A DNA stretch of 52,388 bases from Hyphochytrium catenoides. Its lineage: Eukaryota; Protista; Hyphochytriomycota. Positions 1-10,429 of the stretch are shown here, piece by piece. The notes below the pieces were generated by a model. It ran no database searches. It saw only the letters and a list, made by a program, of their open reading frames with translations, and was not told the origin of the DNA. The stretch's first letter is position 1; each line of letters starts with the position of its first letter. Location: the NCBI GenBank assembly GCA_900088475.1, contig FLMG01002770.1, positions 1 to 52,388 of the forward strand, read 5' to 3'. Made by a program: the position numbers and the translations under genes.

Positions 1-195
1 CTTGCGGGGTCTTTACTCCGAAAAGCCATCCGTGACGCTAAGTTGGCAGGATTCACAAAAGTTACGTTGCATGTTGATGGAAAGAGCAAGACGAATGCTC
101 TCGCACTTTATCAGAGAGTAGGACTTCAAATATCTCTGGAACTGCAAGATCATCGGCTTTTGCTGATGGGCAACCCTGAAGATGTGGTAGACTAA
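1..195 (+). CDS. GNAT acetyltransferase paralog 1 (3' end only; gene runs off the window)
   Basis: Frame 1 translates LAGSLLRKAIRDAKLAGFTKVTLHVDGKSKTNALALYQRVGLQISLELQRYRLLLMGNPEDVVD*. This matches the C-terminus (VDGKSKTNA..LYQR.G; GNPEDVVD*) of the downstream paralogs. Confidence 0.9.
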   Translation, partial: LAGSLLRKAIRDAKLAGFTKVTLHVDGKSKTNALALYQRVGLQISLELQDHRLLLMGNPEDVVD

Positions 196-1630
196 GGGCC
201 CTTCTTTTTATGGGACCGCAGTGCACTGTTTAGACACTAAGGTGCTTTCTCAGCAATATGGCAACAGATTGACTATTTATAGCCACTTTAGCCATCTCCG
301 AAACAGGAAAATATAGGAATTTTTATTAACTTCATGAAGATGCTCTGCGTAGTACTAAGCTGTGAGAAGAAGGGCCTGCTGGTTTTCGCGACCATACATT
401 AGCCTACTTCTGCATGGTTCAGAGTCCATCAGAATAGAAGGAACCGAGAGCACTTCGAAAAAGCATTGTTACTACCATGGACCACCTACTACACGGGCCT
501 GCAATGTGCTTTAACTTCTCCTCAACCAAACACTTCTACTATTGCTGATACCGGACGAGGTGCTGGTCTCCCTTGTTGCTTCTGAAGCACTCGACAGCTT
601 AGCAGAGATTATCAATAGCTGTCTCCTTTCTTCTTTCTACTGCTCGGCGAGCCAGTGCCTTTTCTAGCCATGATGCCAGGAGGACGGCTTTGTGACTTTT
701 GAATGGGCATTCTCTCTCAGGCGGTGAAGAAGTGCAGATGTAAGATCTGTCAACAGGATGTCATCAGTCACTGGCTGGCGATGATTGGCTAGTTGTTTAC
801 GACCATCCTTCAAGCAGCCAATCACAGCCCGGGAGGCTTGACCAGGTTGAAGATAATTTTTTATTATATAAAAAAGTTATTCGGCAGTTCGTGCCACAAT
901 ACTCATATCTGCATTGTTTCTTTTGATACTTTTATCAGAATTTATTTAGTGGTTGATAAACGCGCATTGAGGCTTTTAGTTGCTGTACTGTACAAACAAT
1001 TTGAAGGCAAATCTGGGGTATATTTTAATTGCGAGTATGCGGAATCTGACTAACTGACTTGCGGTCCACTACATAATTTATTGGATTTTATTATAAAAGT
1101 TGTCTCATAACCTGCATTCAAGCTCTGTGTAACACAATGCTAAATAAAAAAATTTTAGAAAAATAAGAAACCTGTAATCGCCAATTTGCTACTATACGCT
1201 GCGCTTGACTTCACCAAATCTAAGACAACGCTTGCACAGAGCCCTATCCTTTAGGCTTTTACGCAAAATGATTCCTCTGCAGAACATTTTGGAAGACAGA
1301 GCACGCGTCAAACAGCTTGAACATTGCTAATAATAAGAAAATGTTGGAGATGTGTGCGACATGGATGAATGTCCTTTCCTATCCTTTCTACTCGTAGGAA
1401 GGCAAAAAAAAGATTCAGTCCTGGATGATCTGCATCACAGTCTTCAAGTTGTCAGGACGCAACCTGGGCAAAGCAGCTTCTTGACGAGCACACAATTGCT
1501 GCTGGATCATTGGTATAGAATGACTGATATTCCTCAGGGCGTGAAAGGCCTTCATTCTACCTTTTTCCTTCAAAGAGACAAGTCCTAAGGGCGGAGCAGG
1601 GCTAAGGTGAACTTCAATCATCGACTCAGA

Positions 1631-2941
1631 ATGACTGGGCAGGACCAAAGCAACTCCCCTGCAAAGCTGGTTACTGAAGAGGCAGAATCTCCACAGGAGG
1701 AAACAGCATCATTCAATGAAGCTCAAAGAGCTACGGAGGCAAAAGATGGCCTTGTTTCTACACTTACGACGATGCAGCATGGTGGTGACCCAGAGGAAGA
1801 GATGAAATTGTCAGCAAAGAAGAAGGCTCTTTATGAGTTTAGCAATCCTCGACCTCCGTTCCAGGAATATTCGAGCTTTTCTTTCATTCAAGGTCTGCTC
1901 ATCAACAGCCCAGAAGTACAGGTAACAGCTAGAGACCTCGCTGATGTTTCTAACCTTCAGCGAAGGTATACTGGGAACGAGTCATTGTTGACTGAGAGCG
2001 ACATAATCACCGACTACATTGAGACACCATCAGCAGGACGGACTGATCGCGCTGTTATCGTCACCAAAGGTAAGGGTGTATTAGAGGCCATCCGGACCCA
2101 CAAACCAAATGGTTATTTACGCTGGTCTTATTCTTTTCCAGAGGATAAAAGGCTGCTGGGCTTCATGGGAGCAGTTGTCAACAAGAGGACAGGACAGTGC
2201 TATGCCTCCGTAGTTATTGACCCACATCTTGAGAATCGATCGGTCCTTTTTGAAGCCGCCCTGACAGAAGCCATAGCTGCCATCAAGAGCCATACTGTTG
2301 ACATAGCGGAAGGCAAGCCCGTCACCATCGTCTGTTCAGCGAGCGCCAAGCTGCCTGATTATGCTGAAATAATGTTGTCGCACGGATTTGCCTACGTAAG
2401 AAGCTGGCTGCACATGGAGATCGACCTAGGAAATCAGGACTTTGAGGACCGGGGCCTGCCTGGGGGTCTGGTAATTAAACCCTATTCCAAGAGTGATCAT
2501 GCTAGAGCTCTGTACGAAGCTCAACAGGAGGCATTTAGGGATCATTCTGGGCACGCAGAGGACTATCCATACGATGATTGGCTCCATTGGCATCACCGCG
2601 AGAATGCGAAGGAGGAACACTTTTTCATAGTGTGGGATGGAGACCAAATCGCTGGTGGAATCTTCGGTAGCGACGACAGCAAGAACCAGCCTGGGCTGGC
2701 TGGTATCAACATTGTGTTTGTGCGCAGAGGCTACCGCCGCCGAGGCCTAGCTTCTGCTCTTCTTCATACGGCCTTCAGGACTTTTAAGGCAAAAGGCTTC
2801 ACGAAGGCAACTCTTTTTGTTGATGGTAAGAGCAAGACCAATGCAGTATCTCTGTATCAGAGGGCGGGAATGTCTGTGAAGAGAGAGACAAAGAGCTACA
2901 GACTGTTAGTGCAGGGCAACCCCGAGGATGTTGTAGATTGA
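1631..2941 (+). CDS. Tandem-GNAT (MshD-like) acetyltransferase paralog 2; probable 72-nt stop-free intron at 2070-2141
   Basis: ATG at 1631 (MTGQ, like the other paralogs). Contains the acetyl-CoA motif VRRGYRRRGLASALL, plus EAFRDHSGH and VDGKSKTNAVSLYQRAGM. Intron AAAG|GTAAGG...TTCTTTTCCAG|AG lies at the same position as in paralogs 3 and 4. Confidence 0.9.
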   Translation: MTGQDQSNSPAKLVTEEAESPQEETASFNEAQRATEAKDGLVSTLTTMQHGGDPEEEMKLSAKKKALYEFSNPRPPFQEYSSFSFIQGLLINSPEVQVTARDLADVSNLQRRYTGNESLLTESDIITDYIETPSAGRTDRAVIVTKGKGVLEAIRTHKPNGYLRWSYSFPEDKRLLGFMGAVVNKRTGQCYASVVIDPHLENRSVLFEAALTEAIAAIKSHTVDIAEGKPVTIVCSASAKLPDYAEIMLSHGFAYVRSWLHMEIDLGNQDFEDRGLPGGLVIKPYSKSDHARALYEAQQEAFRDHSGHAEDYPYDDWLHWHHRENAKEEHFFIVWDGDQIAGGIFGSDDSKNQPGLAGINIVFVRRGYRRRGLASALLHTAFRTFKAKGFTKATLFVDGKSKTNAVSLYQRAGMSVKRETKSYRLLVQGNPEDVVD

Positions 2942-3822
2942 GACCCCTTCTTGAAGATGATTGTTCACTCTCGGGCCAGGGGTTGGAGGAGGAGATTGCC
3001 AGGTATATATATATATAGGTTGGATATCTTTAGGAAAGCAGCTGCGTGACGGCAGCCCCTGTCTAGGGTAGGTAGAGGTTTCAGGAAAGGGTATAACGAC
3101 CAATCTCCTGTTAACACTACTGTCATCAACCAACAAGCTCTATTGTATGCGCATTTCTTGTGTACTATGGTAGATCATCATCTTGTAGTTAGTTCTTACG
3201 GCGGCCTAGTGGAAGCAACAACTACAGCCATGCCGATATGCTTGGGAAGACCGTGCGCTGCTCTGCGGCTGTAATCGCTATGGGTGAAGGGAAAGGCCTA
3301 CAGTGCGCCAACTACGGGTAAGAAGAATGCATGGCGGCCTGTAAGAAGAACTAACAGTGGATGGAGAATAATGATGCACCAGAAAGGGAAATGGACTCCT
3401 CACGCTAGGGGCCACACTACGAATTAAGCAGCAGACTGCGGTCTTGTCGTCCTTGTTGACTGATCAATCAACATCTCTGGGATATAATCTTCAGATCGGC
3501 GCTCGTCATCGGCCAGTGAGGGGTGAAGGTCATCTGTTACCTAGATAGACTACTGTCCTCAGTGTAAGTGTATCAAACGAGGTCAGAACCTTGGTCAGAA
3601 CTCTCCCCAGCGTCCTTAGGAAAGTGAAGAGTACAGTGTGAGCCCCAACAGTAATCGGGCCAGTATTATTCCTATTCTGAGTTCTATAGAAAATGGCATG
3701 TACTGCTGCAACTGGGGCAAGTTGGACACTATTATTATTATTATCCATTCCCTATCCAGATCACCATCTGTTATTCCTAGAGTTCCTCTTATTGGTTGGC
3801 ATTTTCTGGGTTACTTTTCAGT

Positions 3823-3917
3823 TTGATGTGGCCTTTATTACACTATTATCTAGAACAGTAGTCAACTAGCAAACACTCTTTACTATAATAAATTCTGGGC
3901 AATAAAGGCCACATCAA
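3823..3917. repeat. Perfect 17-bp inverted repeat with a 61-bp AT-rich spacer
   Basis: TTGATGTGGCCTTTATT (3823-3839) is the exact reverse complement of AATAAAGGCCACATCAA (3901-3917). Confidence 0.9.
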
Positions 3918-4615
3918 CCGCCAAAATACTTTGAAAGAGAGCGATTAGTTCTATTTTGTACCAAAAGACACACTAAGGCCTTACTTGCTTCCTTGGTTGG
4001 CTATTCTTTCATATGACTTGCCTCCATTTACCCCCAACAAATCTTAGACCACGACCAAAACCCGCCCTACAATGTACCCGCCCGAGCTCTACTTCGTATC
4101 CTGTTCCTGGTTCTCTTGCTTTGTTGTCAAGTGGAGATCCTCTGGGCATTAACCATTGTAGTTCCACTTGTTTAGAACTACCTCACACTCAAGTGGATTT
4201 TTCTCCACCTTCTTCGATTGGTTCCTGTGCGCGATCTTGCTTGAGCGCTGAGAGAGTGATGGTCTCGTCAAGGTCGATGCTAACGCAGGCCTTGCATGCA
4301 TCTCTATATATTCACATCGTCATCATCAACAGACTCCAACAACTCCTCGGATGGCTAACAGGACCTGAAGAGTCAGCTCGTTCTTCTTGAGCTCACTTGC
4401 ACTTCAGGAGGACGTATTACCTCTGAGGAGCTTGTGCCCATCGTTGACCACACCACCTCAACATCATGTTACGCTAAGGGCTGGCGTCATAATGTCGCTT
4501 ATCGGGAGACCTACGAGCGGGACCGCCGTCACTTCTCATCTTCTTTGACTATATCAAGGCCTCGCTGCAGCGCCCACATTGTAATCGACTGGTGACTTCC
4601 TTTTCCTGTTCCACG

Positions 4616-5977
4616 ATGACCGGACAGAACAGTAACAATAGCGTATTAACGCTGGAGATGGTGCAACCAGCGGTCTCTCAAGCAGATGATGGCCCATCGA
4701 CTGCAGTTGCTCAAAGCTCTGATACAGTGGCTAAAGAGGAGATGGAAGCTGCGGTGAAGAAGGTGGTAGAAGCAGCAGTGCTAAACGAGAACGGCCAGCC
4801 AGAAGAGGCAGAGGTGGATACTTGTCTGTCAAGAAGCAAGCTGCCGAGCTATGAATTCACCAATCCTCGACCTCGCTTTCAGATATATCCAGAATTCTCT
4901 TTCGTGCAGGGCCTTGTGGTTGACAGTCCAGAAGGACAAGTGACCGCTGCAGACCTTGCCCGTGTTCTCAATCTACACATGGAGTACACCGACAACAGAA
5001 CCCGCTATTCGGAGACAGACATAATAATGGATTATGTCGAAACCCCTTCGGTCAGCCGGACTGACAGCGCGGTCATCATCTCCAAAGGTAGGCACATGGT
5101 TTCGGTTCCCCTTAGCGACGTGATGTCGTAGAACTTGAAGGCTGATACCCCTATTGAATGGCCCTCCTTGGCAGATGGAGACAGGAAGATTCTTGGGTTC
5201 TGTGAGGCAGAAGTGAACAAGCGCACTGGCCAGTGCTACGCATCGGCCATAATTGACCCGTATCATGAGGACAGAGTGGCCATATTCAGCGCCGCCGTGG
5301 ACGAAGATGTAGCAGCAATTAAAAGCCACGTAGTGGATATTGAGGAAGGAAAGCCTGTCACCATTAGCTGCTCTGTCAACGCCAAACTACCGGACCTCAC
5401 TAATGTTCTGGAGCTGAAGGGCTTCAGTTACGTGAGAAGCTGGCTTCACATGGAGATCAGCCTCGACAGCAAGGATTTTCCTGATCAAAGCTTGCCTGAA
5501 GGGCTGGTGCTCCGACCTTATTCAAGGAAGACGCAGTCGAGACAACTCTATGAAGCTCAGCAGGAGGCTTTTAGAGACCACTCCGGGCATGCAGAGGATT
5601 ACCCCTATGATGAGTGGCTCCACTGGCATGAGCGGGAGGATGAGAAGGAAGAACTCTTGTTCATTGTATGGGATGGCAATCAAATCGCTGGTGGAGTTTT
5701 CTGCAGCGATGAAACCAAGAAACAAGCTGGTTTGGCTGGTATCAATATCGTTTTTGTGCGTAGACCTTACCGCCGTCGCGGTCTTGCCTCTACCCTTCTT
5801 CGCACCGCCTTCCAGAGTCTCAAAGCTAAGGGCTTCACCACTGCTCGGCTCTTTGTTGATAGCAAGAGTAAGACAAACGCTGTCTCGCTGTACCAGAGAG
5901 TTGGAATGTCTGTGGAAAGGGAGTCAAGAAGCTACAGGATCCTGGTGCAGGGCAATCCTGAAGATGTGGTAGACTAA
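4616..5977 (+). CDS. Tandem-GNAT acetyltransferase paralog 3; exons 4616-5087 and 5175-5977
   Basis: Two ORFs are joined by an 87-nt intron, 5088-5174 (AAAG|GTAGGC...GCTGAT...CTCCTTGGCAG|AT), that contains the in-frame TAG at 5129. The RRRGLAS motif and the GNPEDVVD* end are intact. Confidence 0.9.
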
Positions 5978-6249
5978 AGCTAACATTGGCGAAGTGACTT
6001 ATCTATATAGAAATGGAAAGAAGACTGGTCAAAAGAGACTGACCCCAAGTTCAAATTATCTCCTCATCGAGTAGTCTTTGCCATGCCATGGTCCATAAAC
6101 TCTATCATGGTTAGTCAAGTGGGAAACTTAAAGTAAGGCTGTTCAAAAGTAAGGCGTTGGGGAGCGGTAGGACGTGGCCGACAACAATAGACACCACCAT
6201 CATTCGATAGAGGAGGCAAGGATCATAGCTTTCGCCGCTTCTAATATAG

Positions 6250-6710
6250 TAGTATAGGTAGCCGCTAGTAACAGAAGTCTCCCGCAGCAAGAAGTCTGGA
6301 TCCATACTTCTAACGACCTCCATCGGCCTCTCATCTGTGCGAACATAGGTTTAGGCAAGCATCGGTCAACCTTCCGATAGTCTCAGTCACTTTTGTCTCT
6401 TCTTCTCTTCCTTTCTTTCTCCTTTTCTCTTCCTTTGTCACAGCGCTAAGCCAGAAGAAGCATTCCAGAAGACGATTCTATCTCTACTCCATCACCCACA
6501 TGGAAGGACTCCAGAGAGCACATTAAGGTGAACATGGACGGACTCTAGAGTGTTCATGGAGGTGAATTGTACTCTGCTGTAACAGGAAGATAGAGAATAA
6601 GAAGAGAGCAGCAAACTGGACCTGCAAACTTAGCCACATTCTCCTTCGCACCATGACTAAGCAGTGCATCTACCTGAGGGCTAAGGTTGGCTGCTCTGGC
6701 CGCACGAGAA
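6250..6710 (-). pseudogene. Fragmentary inverted copy of two exons plus the intervening intron of the ankyrin gene (~12930-13290)
   Basis: Translates AARAANLSPQVDALLSHGAKENVAKFAG and ERPMEVVRSMDPDFLLRETSVTS, versus AARANISSLLDALLGHGAKENVANFAG and ETPMQVVKSLDADFLLLEASVIS in the intact gene. The intron sequence (GCTGTGACAAAG, GAAGGTTGAC) is also retained, so this is a DNA-level duplication. Confidence 0.85.
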
Positions 6711-6886
6711 ATAGGAGGCATCATCATTAATTGTTCGCTGCTAGGTCCATTTACCTGCAGTTCTACTGAGTGCATTGTGGCATCGGTTTTAGAGAGGGGA
6801 GGGAAAACAGGAAGAGGTTGAGAAGAGCGGTAGAGAGTAGGGAAAGTATAGAGATGATGGAGAAATGAGAAACAATAGGTAGGTAG

Positions 6887-6888
<2 letters not shown>

Positions 6889-6933
<45 letters not shown>
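6889..6933. repeat. (AG)n microsatellite
   Basis: Uninterrupted AG run. Confidence 0.97.
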
Positions 6934-6936
<3 letters not shown>

Positions 6937-7245
6937 GAGAACAGGCACGGACAGGACTGAGGTGACCATGTGTTCGGGACAACTGTAACGACTAACAATT
7001 GCCTTCTATAAGAGTACGATGGCTTCCCCACCTCTCATTATCATCGCTACCTTTGGTTGCATCAGCCCAAAAGACACATTATACGGACCACGCCGTGGGC
7101 GGCATGACAGTGACTACTTATTTTTTCATAGCCGCCGTCCCGAAGGAGAAAGGGAATCCAGTAGCGCCCTCGCTCTCTCTGAGATCAACTTTCTTCTATT
7201 TCTATGTACTATGTAGATGTTTAACTTTTTATTCAGAGGTTAGCT

Positions 7246-8617
7246 TTAGTCTACCACATCTTCAGCATTGCCCTGCACTAGGACCCTGTAGCTTCGCAAC
7301 TCCCTTTTTATAGACAACCCAACTCTCTGGTACAGGGAGACAGCGTTTGTCTTACTCTTGCCATCAACAGAGAGGCAGGCGACTGAGAAGCCCTTAGCTT
7401 TGAGACTCTGGAAGGCGGTGCGAAGAAGGGTAGAGGCAAGACCGCGACGGCGGTAAGGTCTACGCACAAATACTGTGTGGATATCAGCTAACCCAGCTTG
7501 ATAGCTGCTATCATCGCTGCAGCAAACTCCGCCAGCGATCTGATCGCCGTCCCAAGCTATGAAGAAGAGCTCTTCCTTCTCATCGTTGACATGCCAGTGA
7601 AGCCACTTATCATAGGGGTAATCCTCTGCATGCCCGGAGTGGTCTCTAAAAGCCTCCTGCTCAGCTTCATATAACTGCCTAGACTGCGTCTTCATTGAAT
7701 AAGGTTGGAGGATTAATCCTTCGGGCAAACATTGATCCGGAAAATCCTGGGCGTCGAGGCTGATCTCCATGAGAAGCCAGCTTCTCACGTAACTGAAGCC
7801 CTTCAGCTCCAGAACATAAGTGAAGTCCGACAGTTTGGCACTGACAGAGCAGCTAATGGTGACAGGCTTTCCTTCCTCAATATCCACTATGTGACTTTTG
7901 ATTGCTGCTACAGCTTCGTCCACGGCGGCGCTGAAGATTGCCACTCTGTCCTCACGATGCAGATCGACTTTGGCGGATGCGTAGCACTGGCCGGTTCGCT
8001 TATTCACTTCTGCCTGACAGAACCCAAGAACCTTCTTGTCTCCATCTGCCAAGGATCCAATGATTAGAGGTGTCAGCTTTCAGGTTCAAATTGCATTAGA
8101 ACAACATCCCTACGGGGAACCCAACGTTGCGCCTACCTTTGGAAATAATGACCGCGCTGTCAGTAGTGGGGGCCGAAGGGACCTCGACAAAATACTTTAT
8201 AATGTCTTTCTCTGAATAGCGGGATTTGTTGTCCGTATACTCCATGTGTAGATTGAGGACACGGACAAGGTCTGCAGCTGTCACTTGTGCTTCTGGACTG
8301 TCAACCACAAGGCCTTGCACGAAATAGAAATCTGGATAATCCTGAAAGGGAGGCCGAGGATTGGTGAATTCATAACCGGGCAGCTTTGCTGACAGACAAG
8401 TGTCCTCCTCTGTCTCTGGCTGGCCGTCCACATCTGGCGCGGCTGCTGCCGCCAGCTTCTGTTGCGTTGCGCAGTCCTCGTTTTTGGCGTTATTATCAAC
8501 GCTTTGGACGACCGCGGTCGATGGACCATCATCATCTGCTGGAGGTACTACTGTCGGTGGCACTACCTCCAGCGGTGGTGCCGCTAAGCTATTGTTGGTT
8601 TTCCTTTGTTCAGTCAT
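7246..8617 (-). CDS. Tandem-GNAT acetyltransferase paralog 4 (inverted); exons 8617-8137 and 8045-7246
   Basis: ATG (MTEQ) at 8617. A 91-nt intron, 8136-8046 (AAAG|GTAGGC...TTGGCAG|AT), reconciles the two ORFs that are in different frames. Closely similar to paralog 3; ends GNAEDVVD*. Confidence 0.9.
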
Positions 8618-10429
8618 AATAAGTAAATGACTAGTTGATGAAGAAGGATGTGCTTCAGCAGGTCTTGGCACCAAGCAGGGAACTTTGAATCTGACGGTCC
8701 AAGTAGTCGACAGCCAGGCAATTGCCCTTGTGACGCAAACTCTTCAGACATGATGGCTCCCTTGTGTTTTGGCATTGGCACGACGACAAGCTCCTTACAC
8801 TCATCTCAGTCCAATTCAGCTGACTCTTCCCATCCTGCAGACCAGAGAGAAGCGGGTTTGTTCTGATGATGATGTCGAGAAGAGATGAATCTATGTATTT
8901 TTCTTACTAGCATCAAACAGGGGCGGGACCATCACTCCGCCGCGCTCAATCAACATCGTCCCAAGCGGAGAAGTCAGAGAAATTGTCTGCTGGGCTTGCT
9001 GTGCGGCGCGACCAGTTCTATAGCTTTCTGATCCACTTGGCAGTGCCAATTTGGGCTGATGCCTAAGAGATGTGCAGTAGTTCTACTAGGTTGCTCGCTA
9101 GGCATCTACCCTAGCTGGGCTGGGTGCTTGACATTTACAAGTGGGATTTCCCCTGTACCAGAGCAGCGGTAAATTTCAAGCGAGTAAGAAGTGATAGGTC
9201 CACCTCTCACCACATTCCGGGGAGGCACCGCAGTTTTCCATTTGACCGATCAATTAGAACTTAGAACTACGGTTTGCAGTCACTTCGGGCAAGCAAGATA
9301 GAGACCCGTCATAGCTAATAAAGTCTATGAATAGCAGCAGGAGCGGAGCTATTATGATTGCCTCAAGGAGCTACGTAGCTCAGAGCCACGGGTAGGAAAA
9401 CAAGTAAAATAAGGTTCCTGATAAAGGGCCCGTGGAAAGGAGACAAGAAAGAAAGTAATGGGTGCACACTGGGCCAGGCCTGCCCACTGCCTACGTCCTG
9501 AGAGCTAGTTGGTTCCCCTACTGTTCCGCTGAAGGTCACAGGTGATGAATGCAAGGAAGGGTAGTAGATGCCTCCGTGATGAGGAGATTGTACTACCGTT
9601 TTGTAGAACTCGAGATGTCAGTCTTCGCGGGAGTGAGGTGTGCTCTGTGGGGAGCTGGTTCAGTGAACACCTCCCTCCCCTCTGTCGCCAGCTTTCATAA
9701 CGTCTGCATATCCATACATTAAACCCTACTCGCCTACTGCCAGTGCTCTCTACCATCTACAGCCTTAACCTACTGTTCAATGCATGCCAAGGCCTTTTGT
9801 CATTGCTCTTCCGGCGAACAAGAAAGCCTCCGTAACAGGCCCTCTTATATTGTAGGTTCCAGAACTAGTTTGCTTGGACGCGACTGCTTCCCATGCCGCG
9901 GTATCTGTTTTTGGCATAGAACTACCGGGACTGACCGGTAGTCCCTATCGACCACTGTACAGCGATGACTGGGCAGTACCTGTACAACCGCCGTGAAGAC
10001 GTCCGCAGGCAGCATAGGAGGGTCACGCCCTCCACACGCGCTGATGATGTGAGGAGTGCGCAGATCAAGGCTACGGTCTCCGTCCCTTCTTGCTGGCGTT
10101 CGTGGAAGTTTTTTGATGGGGCCACACAGACGGTTCATTCCACGCTGAAACAATAATGGCTTAGCTATCTCTTCTGACAGGTTGTCCGCTAAGTCGAACT
10201 TCTTACTCTGTCTCCTCTCACTGTTCCGCTTACAGACGGATCTCTTCTTCTGTCCTCCTGCGACGCTGCAATGAGGAGATGGCTTTTCATCGATTGCCCC
10301 AGCATGGCGGCGCACATCAGGATGCGGTTGTGGTCAGCTTCCTCCACAACCTGTTGCCGCAGGAGGAGTTCTGTAGTACTTTCTTGTTTCGCCAGAAATA
10401 AAGCCGCTATACCAAGTGTTCATTGTCTA

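Larger units (their letters stand above)
4100..9100. repeat. Large imperfect inverted repeat: arm A ~4100-6040 (+), arm B ~7180-9100 (-)
   Basis: Paralogs 3 and 4 align in reverse complement, together with their upstream blocks (TAGAACTAC, CAAGTGGAT, TTGAGCGC..GAGTGATGGTC, GAAGAGTCAGCT, AGGAGCTTGT) and ~60 bp of 3' flank (TAAAGCTAAC...ATAGAAAT). Confidence 0.85.

Noticed and set aside
5129-5134. Programmed stop-codon readthrough or recoding between the in-frame ORFs 4592-5131 and 5135-5977
   Set aside because: The TAG lies inside an 87-nt GT-AG intron whose position is conserved in paralogs 2 and 4. In paralog 4 the equivalent segment is 91 nt and frameshifting, so splicing explains it.
1-8617. 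Bacterial contamination or an operon explaining the GNAT genes
   Set aside because: The genes carry a spliceosomal intron, are interleaved with a copy of a host intron-containing gene and microsatellites, and are contiguous with eukaryotic genes.
9100-10420. Gene or transposase in the spacer between the inverted arms
   Set aside because: Only short ORFs with no recognisable motif. It may be a decayed gene, but I cannot support a call.
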